From positions 192,001-256,000 of the forward strand of contig CBDDEL010000013.1 in NCBI GenBank assembly GCA_965226885.1: DNA of 64,000 bases. The letters are read 5' to 3'. Below are positions 1 to 7,992 of the stretch, piece after piece. The DNA comes from Opitutales bacterium (GTDB lineage: Bacteria > Verrucomicrobiota > Verrucomicrobiia > Opitutales > UBA2987). The translations under genes and the position numbers were made by a program. The notes beneath the pieces were generated by a model. That model made no database searches, had not been told where the DNA came from, and was given only the letters and a program-made list of their open reading frames with translations. How positions within the stretch are numbered: the stretch's first letter is position 1; the number at the start of each line of letters is the position of its first letter.

Positions 1-183
1 TTTACCACAATCATGGCAGCGGTAGCGCTGTTTATGGTTGGGCGTCTTGCCAAATTTAATGATATTTTCACTTCCACAGTGCCGACAATTAATAATTTTA
101 GTAACCATGCACTAAGAATAAACTGCCTAACGCTATTTGTACAGCTAAAAATACAAAATAACATTCTTTTTTTATACACTACC
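1..183 (-). mobile_element. IS1-family element, left end (runs off window start)
   Basis: Near-identical to the left end of the complete copies; ends in terminal IR atacactacc at 174-183; contains the insA 5' end on the minus strand. Confidence 0.95.
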
Positions 184-415
184 AGTCTATGAATCTTATG
201 TAGATATGGTTCCTGCTCAATGGACTGCAATCAAAGTCGTGGTATCCGGCCTGCAGGCGCAGCTTTTTGTTAATGGCGCGGAACAGCCATGCCTAATCGT
301 AAACGATTTGAAACTCGGAGACACGAGAGGAAAGATTGCTCTTTGGACATCCCGGTCAACCGTGGCTCATTTCAGAAACCTCGTCGTTCAATCGACAACG
401 GAATGGGAGCAATGA
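184..415 (+). pseudogene. 3' remnant of a DUF1080-like (lectin/glucanase fold) protein gene, cut by IS1
   Basis: Frame is open from the IS1 end (VYESYVDMVPAQWTAIKVVVSG...GKIALW...AHFRNLVV); no 5' portion in view. Confidence 0.6.
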
Positions 416-668
416 ATTTGTTTTTCAGATACTTCAGTACGGTTATCCTGTGGCTTCTTGCCGCAAATGGTTTACAGTCCGCGGAAAATTTAAAGCAAAT
501 TTCGTTCTTCGATAATTTTGAGAACGGCTTGGGAAAATGGGATCTTAATAACCCGGCCAAGCTGCCTATTATCGAATCCGGAGATGAGGAACACGGCAAG
601 GTCCTGGCCCTCTACCCCGGTGGGCATAATGTGCATGCGCTGATAAAAAATTCGGACCGATGGACTAA
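412..668 (+). pseudogene. 5' remnant of a secreted protein gene, truncated by IS1380
   Basis: ATGA overlap with the upstream stop; signal-peptide-like N-terminus MNLFFRYFSTVILWLLAANGLQSA; runs into the IS1380 IR at 669. Confidence 0.65.
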
Positions 669-1415
669 CCCGGATATTTCATGAAGGGTAAAGTTTGGCT
701 CGTTATTGCTATTGGAGATGGATTTCTTTGTATTTTGAGCAGATCGTCTTGATTTTTAGGTGTTTTTCAGGGTGTAGAGACACTGCCCCCTTTCCCCCAT
801 TGGTTCGGTAGTGCCGGGGGCAGCACCAATGCACCCTTTAGGTTGGCACCAATCGGCGGGCCGCATGGTTGAAAAGACTGGCCCAAGGATAACTCTCACT
901 TAGGTGAAAGTGAATCGTTCGGGTGTTGCGCACGATGACCGCTCCGATCTTGATTAATTTGAGCCGCAGGGTGTGGCATTGGGCCCGCGCCCACTTCGTC
1001 CCTTTTAAGGCTAACCGGCGCATGGCTTCCATCAAGGTGTAGGCCAGCGCCGACAAGAGCAATCGCCACTGATTGGCCCACCATTGATGGGCGCTGGTGC
1101 GCTCGCTGAACAATTGCATCTGTTCCTTGATTCGGTTCTCCATTTCACCGCGGCCACAGTATACCTTGTCGTAAAGCTCCTGGGGATCGCCCGGCAGGTT
1201 CGTCACCACGAAGCGCGGGTTGGACCCCTGTGCGGTGTGTTCGGCTTTATGGATGACCAACCGCAGCCATCGCCACGAATCGGCAGCATAGACGAAGTCC
1301 TGGAATAACCGTTGTTTTTTACCCCTTAGTTCGAACCATTCTTTGGCCTGCTTTTGCAACTGCTGGGCGTCTTGCTGCAAGCGTGCATTGCGAGCCATCC
1401 CCACGATGTAACTAA
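669..1415 (-). mobile_element. IS1380-family element, 3' half only (747 bp), interrupted by a second copy
   Basis: Reverse complement of 2236-2982; IR cccggatatttc at 669; cut at an internal CTAA where the next copy starts. Confidence 0.93.
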
Positions 1416-2982
1416 CCCGGATATTTCGTAAAAAAAGTATCGTTGATATGCTTAACTGCTGATATACAGCAGGATAGATCAATAATTAAAGCAATATCAG
1501 CGATGACAAAAGGTAAACAATTAAAGCTACAGTTGACAAGGGTAAAAGGCCGCCGTGTGCGGGTTGATTTCAAGGGCGGAGAGGTTACTTCGGATGCCGG
1601 ACTGCTTTTGATCCGGGAAGTGGTTCGGCAGTTGGGCTTGACCGAACGAGCGGCCCGACAGTTAGTGGACAAACGGCAGAAGGGCAAAGTACGCCATGAG
1701 GTATTGGGGATGCTGCGGCAGCGCGTTTACGGGCTGGTGGCGGGCTATGAGGATTTGAACGACTTTGATACCCTGCGCCACGATCCATTGTTGCAAACGG
1801 TAACGGGGCGCATTGAAACGTTGGCCAGCGCGCCGACTTTGTGTCGTTTTGAAAACGGGCAGGATCGGCGGGCGGCCTTTGCGGTAAACGAGCTGTTGGT
1901 CGAACAGTTCATGGGCTCCTTTGCCGAGGAACCCGAAGAGATCATCCTGGACTTTGACGCCACCGACAATCCGGTGCACGGGCTCCAGGAGGGACGTTTT
2001 TTCCACGGTTATTATGATCATTACTGTCTTCTGCCGCTATATGTTTTTTGCGGTGATCAGCTGCTGGTGGCCTACCTGCGGCCGAGCAAGATCGATGCCA
2101 GCAAGCATGCCGGGGCCATCCTCAAATTGCTGGTTAAACGGATTCGCCAAAGCTGGCCCCGTAAGCGGATTATTTGGCGCGCCGACAGTGGATTTTGTCG
2201 AGACCGGATACTCTCTTGGTGCGACCGCAACGAAGTTAGTTACATCGTGGGGATGGCTCGCAATGCACGCTTGCAGCAAGACGCCCAGCAGTTGCAAAAG
2301 CAGGCCAAAGAATGGTTCGAACTAAGGGGTAAAAAACAACGGTTATTCCAGGACTTCGTCTATGCTGCCGATTCGTGGCGATGGCTGCGGTTGGTCATCC
2401 ATAAAGCCGAACACACCGCACAGGGGTCCAACCCGCGCTTCGTGGTGACGAACCTGCCGGGCGATCCCCAGGAGCTTTACGACAAGGTATACTGTGGCCG
2501 CGGTGAAATGGAGAACCGAATCAAGGAACAGATGCAATTGTTCAGCGAGCGCACCAGCGCCCATCAATGGTGGGCCAATCAGTGGCGATTGCTCTTGTCG
2601 GCGCTGGCCTACACCTTGATGGAAGCCATGCGCCGGTTAGCCTTAAAAGGGACGAAGTGGGCGCGGGCCCAATGCCACACCCTGCGGCTCAAATTAATCA
2701 AGATCGGAGCGGTCATCGTGCGCAACACCCGAACGATTCACTTTCACCTAAGTGAGAGTTATCCTTGGGCCAGTCTTTTCAACCATGCGGCCCGCCGATT
2801 GGTGCCAACCTAAAGGGTGCATTGGTGCTGCCCCCGGCACTACCGAACCAATGGGGGAAAGGGGGCAGTGTCTCTACACCCTGAAAAACACCTAAAAATC
2901 AAGACGATCTGCTCAAAATACAAAGAAATCCATCTCCAATAGCAATAACGAGCCAAACTTTACCCTTCATGAAATATCCGGG
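1416..2982 (+). mobile_element. IS1380-family element, complete (1567 bp)
   Basis: IRs cccggatatttc / gaaatatccggg; CTAA on both sides; single transposase ORF. Confidence 0.95.
1503..2813 (+). CDS. IS1380-family DDE transposase
   Basis: Motifs FKGGEVTSDAGLLL, GYEDLND, LDFDATD, RADSGF, YCGRGEMENRIKE. ATG 1503 preferred over TTG 1443. Confidence 0.93.
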   Translation: MTKGKQLKLQLTRVKGRRVRVDFKGGEVTSDAGLLLIREVVRQLGLTERAARQLVDKRQKGKVRHEVLGMLRQRVYGLVAGYEDLNDFDTLRHDPLLQTVTGRIETLASAPTLCRFENGQDRRAAFAVNELLVEQFMGSFAEEPEEIILDFDATDNPVHGLQEGRFFHGYYDHYCLLPLYVFCGDQLLVAYLRPSKIDASKHAGAILKLLVKRIRQSWPRKRIIWRADSGFCRDRILSWCDRNEVSYIVGMARNARLQQDAQQLQKQAKEWFELRGKKQRLFQDFVYAADSWRWLRLVIHKAEHTAQGSNPRFVVTNLPGDPQELYDKVYCGRGEMENRIKEQMQLFSERTSAHQWWANQWRLLLSALAYTLMEAMRRLALKGTKWARAQCHTLRLKLIKIGAVIVRNTRTIHFHLSESYPWASLFNHAARRLVPT

Positions 2983-3162
2983 CTAAGTCAAACTTTTCCG
3001 AAAAAATCGACATAACCTTTATACTTTATCAGGATTCAGGAATCGACAATCCTGATTTCTGTCTCTTGTATCCTATCGATCGCAATCCGCCTGTTAGCAC
3101 AAATATTGTCGAAAAACAAAAAACAATCCTGCTCTTAATCTTTAAATTAATTAGAAATTGAA

Positions 3163-3268
3163 ATGCCAATTATAAAGGGAGTCGAATTTCGTCAGTTTTC
3201 AGCCAATCATCTTAATGCCAAGCGAAATTGGCTGGTGGTAAAACTTAATACCGACGATCCCAATCTCT
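3163..3268 (+). pseudogene. 35-codon 5' remnant of a probable mandelate racemase/galactonate dehydratase (enolase superfamily) gene, cut by IS1
   Basis: Own translation MPIIKGVEFRQFSANHLNAKRNWLVVKLNTDDPNL resembles the RNWxxVKxxTD N-terminal strands of this family; ends at the IS1 IR. Confidence 0.5.
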
Positions 3269-4070
3269 GGTAGTGTATAAAAAAAGAATGTTATTTTGTA
3301 TTTTTAGCTGTACAAATAGCGTTAGGCAGTTTATTTTTAGTGCATGGTTACTAAAATTATTAATTGTCGGCACTGTGGAAGTGAAAATATCATTAAATTT
3401 GGCAAGACGCCCAACCATAAACAGCGCTACCGCTGCCATGATTGTGGTAAACAAAGCCGCGAAAACCCCACAGTGAAATACACCGAAGAGCAAAAAGAAA
3501 TGATCCTTCGAGTCTATCAGGAACGCAGCAGTCTACGCGGTTTACAGCGCGCCTTCGGGGTGAGTCCCAACACCGTTTTGAGTTGGTTAAAAAAAACGAC
3601 AATCGCTGCGACCGCTCAAAAGCACGATTCTTGCGGCCCGCCGCCATGATGTCATTGAACTGGACGAACTGTGGTCTTTTGTGGGGCGCAAGAGCGATGC
3701 CCAATGGGTTTGGATCGCTCTTTGCCGACGCACCCGTCAAATCCTCTCCTATGCCATTGGGCCTCGGGATTGGTATCGTTGCCGGGAACTTTACGAGCGT
3801 CTGCCACGGGCCTACAAAAGATGTGCCACCTACAGCGACTTTTGGAGCACTTATGATGAAGTCTTTCCTCATAACCGATCCGTGGGAAAAGAAACCGGTG
3901 AAACGGCCCATGTGGAACGATGGAACAATACCCTGCGCCAACGACTGGGTCGTTTCACACGCAAAACCCTCTCCTTTTCCAAGCTTAAGAGTATGCATGA
4001 AACCTGTCTGAGACTTTTCATTCATCAATATAATCAAGAATTAGCCACCATTCCTACTTAATACACTACC
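3269..4070 (+). mobile_element. IS1-family element, complete (802 bp), no target duplication
   Basis: IRs ggtagtgtat / atacactacc; flanks caatctct and ggagtggg differ. Confidence 0.95.
3344..4061 (+). CDS. insAB: IS1 transposase InsA/InsB (programmed -1 frameshift)
   Basis: InsA zinc ribbon CRHC...CHDC plus HTH (3344-3649); A8C slippery run at about 3589-3597; InsB with ELDELWSFV, YSDFWSTY, HVERWNNTLR. Confidence 0.9.
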
Positions 4071-4080
4071 GGAGTGGGTA

Positions 4081-5130
4081 TTGCTTCTGACTGGCTGGCA
4101 AATTCTCGGCCTGGCCGCTGCCATCGTCTTTTCATTCACACGCCAGGGATTCCATGCCTTTTCCTACTATTTATCCCTGGTCCTCGTATTCACCAATCTG
4201 GCTGCTCTGGCTTTCAGTATTTTACTGATCCTCGATTCCGCTTTTTTTGAAAAATGGTTGAAAAAAGGAATCCTGAGGATAGCCGCCAATGGCATCATTG
4301 TTCTCGCCGTATTATTGTTTGCCAGGGAAATAGCGCCCCGGATTGTAGGCATGGTCTGTCCCATGGGCATCCAGCATTCGGTTGATAAAGGACATATAGC
4401 CTTTGCCTTGGCCAACCTGGCCGTCATTGCCATCAGTGTGTTGGCCTCCGTCCTGGTTTATTTGCAAGCCCGTTTGCGTAATGAGCTGGAGAAAGAAGTC
4501 GGGGAAAATGAGCGCCTCAAGCGGCTTCAGGTGGAAACACGGTTCGCCGCCCTTCAATCCAAGGTGAACCCGCATTTCCTCTTTAACACCCTCAACACAG
4601 TGGTGGACCTCGTCTATAAACAACCGGCTCAGGTAGAGGAGATTATCCTCAATTTGGCAGGCATTTACCGCAAAGTACTGGCCCACCCCGACCATGAGTT
4701 GACCTCCCTTAAAGAGGAGATCGAGCTGGTCAATAATTATTTGCTGGTGGAAAAAGCGCGCATGGGATCCCGTCTTCGTTTCGAAGTCGATGTGGACGAC
4801 TCACTGCAATCCTGGCAGATCCCGCAGATGGCCCTTCAAATATTGGTGGAAAACGCAATCCTGCATGGGTTGAGCAAGAAAAAGGAAGGGGGCCATATCC
4901 ACATATCCGCAAAAAATCATGGGGATACCCTATTGTTAACCGTTCGCGATGACGGGTCTGGTTTGAACAGTTTGCATGCAGGCAATGGCATGGCCCTTGG
5001 CAACCTCCGTGAACGCCTGAAACTTCTCTACAAGGAAGGGGCTGAATTTCATCTCAAGGAAAATTCCGATTCCACCGGGGGAGCAGAAGCCATTCTTGAA
5101 ATTCCTCGTGCAAGACATAGACATAGTTGA
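4081..5130 (+). CDS. LytS/YehU-type sensor histidine kinase, possibly 5'-truncated by IS1
   Basis: TM helices, LQSKVNPHFLFNTLN H-box, LQILVENAILHG N-box, DDGSG and GMALGNL. TTG start lies only 10 bp from the IS1 end. Confidence 0.85.
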   Translation: MLLTGWQILGLAAAIVFSFTRQGFHAFSYYLSLVLVFTNLAALAFSILLILDSAFFEKWLKKGILRIAANGIIVLAVLLFAREIAPRIVGMVCPMGIQHSVDKGHIAFALANLAVIAISVLASVLVYLQARLRNELEKEVGENERLKRLQVETRFAALQSKVNPHFLFNTLNTVVDLVYKQPAQVEEIILNLAGIYRKVLAHPDHELTSLKEEIELVNNYLLVEKARMGSRLRFEVDVDDSLQSWQIPQMALQILVENAILHGLSKKKEGGHIHISAKNHGDTLLLTVRDDGSGLNSLHAGNGMALGNLRERLKLLYKEGAEFHLKENSDSTGGAEAILEIPRARHRHS

Positions 5131-5458
5131 CACTGTAATCGTCGAGGACGAAACGCCTTCCCTCGAACGTTTGAAGGATCAGTTGGGAAATTTTCCACAA
5201 ATTCGCATTGTGGGAGAAGCCCTTGATGGCGAAGGCGCCGTAGCGACCATCGACCGGTTGCGGCCCGAGTTGGTTTTTCTCGATATCGAATTGCCGGAAT
5301 TTAACGGATTCGAGGTGCTTAATCGAATTTCCTGCTCTCCCATGGTGGTTTTTGTAACCGCCTTTAACGAATACGCGCTCAAGGCATTCGAGGAAAATAT
5401 TTGCCCCCCATGGGGGGCAACGAGAAAACAAAACCCTTTACCAAAACAAGCCGCCTGA
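5108..5458 (+). pseudogene. LytTR-type response regulator, receiver part only, fused to the IS3 OrfB C-terminus
   Basis: VIVEDE, LVFLDIELP and VFVTAFNEYALKAFEEN, then ICPPWGATRKQNPLPKQAA, identical to the IS3 transposase end. Confidence 0.9.
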
Positions 5459-5521
5459 CACACTAATCAATAAACAATGAATATAAGAGAATCCCGTGTC
5501 CAACAAATCCAGTACACGTCA
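5386..5521 (+). mobile_element. IS3-family right-end remnant (136 bp)
   Basis: Identical to the last 136 bp of the copies at 17035 and 55603, ending in ccagtacacgtca. Confidence 0.93.
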
Positions 5522-5565
5522 CTGCGCAAAAAACTTCTATTTTGACACTTTCCCTTCCCATGGCT

Positions 5566-7989
5566 TTATCCATCACCTGGGCCGGGGATTTTCACTTTTC
5601 TTAACCACACCTCGGCTACCTGGCAGCCCCGGCCATTACCACCCAGTCCGCTCTGCCGTCGCCAGCTCAAGGTCAAAACACCGCCCGTGGTGGCCTCTCG
5701 CGGAATGGCAAATTCAAGACGGCGAAATGGAACCGGCTTCTCGATTAAAGGATGGATTTCAAATTGATCGTTGGCCGTCAGCCGGATATTCTTGTCGGGG
5801 CTGTCCCCGGCATAGACAACCTGCAAGAGGTATTGTGCCTCGGGGTCGAGGTCGGTGTATCGCATTTGCACGGGGGTATCGTATTTCGTTTCGGCATAAC
5901 GCCACCAGTATATCGGGTAATCAATAAACTCCGCTTCTCGCTCTCCGAATCCGGCCAATGAAGATCGCAGGAGCATGGGATCGTTTTCGACGCCCGCCCC
6001 GCGGAGCAGGTGCGGCTGCCGGGTTAAGTTGCCAAGCTCGTCGTAAAACCCACCCGATCCTGGGTTGGTGTGGTTTAGCAATTCATCAATACCCGCCAAT
6101 CGTTCTTCCTCCGAGAGAATGCCAATCTCGGCAAATCGACGCTTTAGCCAAAGCCGGTTGTTAAGAGGAAGATCGATGGAGTCCAGGTTGGCGCCGCGAT
6201 GAATTTCTGTCGCCTGATACTTCTCGATACTAAGCTGCATGCCGATACTGTGAAACAGATCGTCGGCCAATGCAAATACCCGATCCCGCCAGTCTGTCGA
6301 TACCGGTTCCGATTCTACCCGGTCGAGAATAACTTCCGCCGCGGCCAGGGCTTTCATCGAATTTCCTCGTTCCGCTTTGCCAAGCGCATCAAAAGCAAAT
6401 TCCTCCAGAGAAGTTTCGTGTATTAATCGGCTGCGAAGGTAAGCATCATAATAAGCGCGATAAAGAGCCATTTGGAAACGCCAGTTGGATCGCACTGCCG
6501 CCGGAGCCGACCGCTCCATGGATTGAAATTGCTTTAACGTTGTGTAAACTTCCTCGTTCTGCAAAAGGGGGCCGTTCCAGTTGCTTTCCAGGGCCATCAA
6601 ACCCTGGGAAAAATCGTCCTCGTAGTCCTCTCCGATAAAATAACGGCTGTACTCCTTCAGGATTTCGTAGGCGGACGCATTAGGATTCCAGCCCAGGCTG
6701 CTGTAGATAAATTTATTCACATCATCGTTGACGCCGTCGGAATAAGTAATGAATCCCACTGAATCCAGGGCGTGAAGATCCATGATGCGTTTATACGCCT
6801 GAGGGCGCGGATTAATGGATTCACGCCCTTCGGTTAAAGCAAAGGCCATGTCCCAATCCTGGATGGGGTACTGGCATTGCCGCATATGGGCGATATCCGG
6901 GTAAAGCCGCAGGTCATATCGGGACGGCGTTTTATCCCGCAATTCCTTGACCGATACTCTCACATGCGGGCCATAGACAACCCCTCTCAGCCACTCCGGT
7001 TCTTCCCTCAGAAGCTCGAAAAATTCTTCCAGCTTCTCCGCACCGAAATGCTGGGGGGAAACCCACATCCCGGCATCGGGATGGTGACGGCGCAGAACTT
7101 CAGCCTGTTTTTCCAGAAAAGCCAATAGATGTATGGGCCGGGTATGGCCGGGATCTCCTCCGGGAACAAAAACCCCGTCCAGGCGCTGCATCCGGCTGAA
7201 AATTTCTTCCGATTCCTGCAATGCGAGTCGAACCGTCGCAGGGTCGGAATAATCCTCAAAATGAGCCGGATACCATAACCAGGTATCGAGATCGTAATCG
7301 TCCAGTAGGCGGGATAATTGAACCAGCATTTCCTTTGTGGGGAGGGGGAAATGAGGGCTGGTGTCTTTGTCGCCGGATAACGGCGGGATCAATTCAATGG
7401 CATTGGTGCCGAATACGACCAAATCCCGAATATACTGCTCCCACCTGGGCAACGACCAGGCGTCATAGGTATTCGACTTTGACCGGTAGCCGATCTGGTG
7501 CCCGCGCATTGCATAAGCCGGAGCGGAAATTTCCCTGATTTGGCCGGAAATCTCTATCTGGCCCTCGGACATGGATAAGAGCCGGAGCAGCCGCCCAACG
7601 CCAAAAAGGACTCCCCTCAAATCGCTTCCCGCCACCACCACCAGTCCGACCGCTCCATTTTGAGCAATACTGCCGATCCGATAGCCTTCGGGAGCTGGTG
7701 TTTCACGATCCTCCAGCCACTCGGCAAGCGGGTTAAAAGGTAATTTTTGCAATAATTTACTTTCACTCTGCCCGATGGCGATTACGGGCCGGTCGGGAGG
7801 AGGCCATTTTTCTGCGGTTGGCAATCGTATGCCGGTTCGCTTTTCCACTTCATCGACCAGCATTTCAACGGCCTTGTCTTGCGCGCGGTTTTCGCCGATT
7901 TCGGCCACAATGACCGCATGGCTCAAATCCAGCGCCGCCGCCTGCGCAATCGGAGTAAATAGCAAAAAAACAAGTAATGTTTTTTTCAT
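5566..7989 (-). CDS. Secreted glycoside hydrolase-like protein (GH20/GH67-type N-terminal domain, probable TIM barrel)
   Basis: 807 aa; signal peptide; PEGYRI...VAGSDLRGVLFGVGRLLR motif typical of the hexosaminidase/glucuronidase N-terminal domain. Confidence 0.65.
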   Translation of the reverse strand: MKKTLLVFLLFTPIAQAAALDLSHAVIVAEIGENRAQDKAVEMLVDEVEKRTGIRLPTAEKWPPPDRPVIAIGQSESKLLQKLPFNPLAEWLEDRETPAPEGYRIGSIAQNGAVGLVVVAGSDLRGVLFGVGRLLRLLSMSEGQIEISGQIREISAPAYAMRGHQIGYRSKSNTYDAWSLPRWEQYIRDLVVFGTNAIELIPPLSGDKDTSPHFPLPTKEMLVQLSRLLDDYDLDTWLWYPAHFEDYSDPATVRLALQESEEIFSRMQRLDGVFVPGGDPGHTRPIHLLAFLEKQAEVLRRHHPDAGMWVSPQHFGAEKLEEFFELLREEPEWLRGVVYGPHVRVSVKELRDKTPSRYDLRLYPDIAHMRQCQYPIQDWDMAFALTEGRESINPRPQAYKRIMDLHALDSVGFITYSDGVNDDVNKFIYSSLGWNPNASAYEILKEYSRYFIGEDYEDDFSQGLMALESNWNGPLLQNEEVYTTLKQFQSMERSAPAAVRSNWRFQMALYRAYYDAYLRSRLIHETSLEEFAFDALGKAERGNSMKALAAAEVILDRVESEPVSTDWRDRVFALADDLFHSIGMQLSIEKYQATEIHRGANLDSIDLPLNNRLWLKRRFAEIGILSEEERLAGIDELLNHTNPGSGGFYDELGNLTRQPHLLRGAGVENDPMLLRSSLAGFGEREAEFIDYPIYWWRYAETKYDTPVQMRYTDLDPEAQYLLQVVYAGDSPDKNIRLTANDQFEIHPLIEKPVPFRRLEFAIPREATTGGVLTLSWRRQSGLGGNGRGCQVAEVWLRKVKIPGPGDG

Positions 7990-7992
7990 AAT

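Noticed and set aside
838..1482. 214-aa ORF as an independent transposase
   Set aside because: Chimera of the antisense IS left end and the transposase 3' half.
2983..3160. Continuation of the 412-668 gene beyond the IS1380 unit
   Set aside because: The frame is open for about 59 codons, but the sequence is AT-rich, looks intergenic and has no recognisable domain continuation; CTAA is the generic target, so the match is uninformative.
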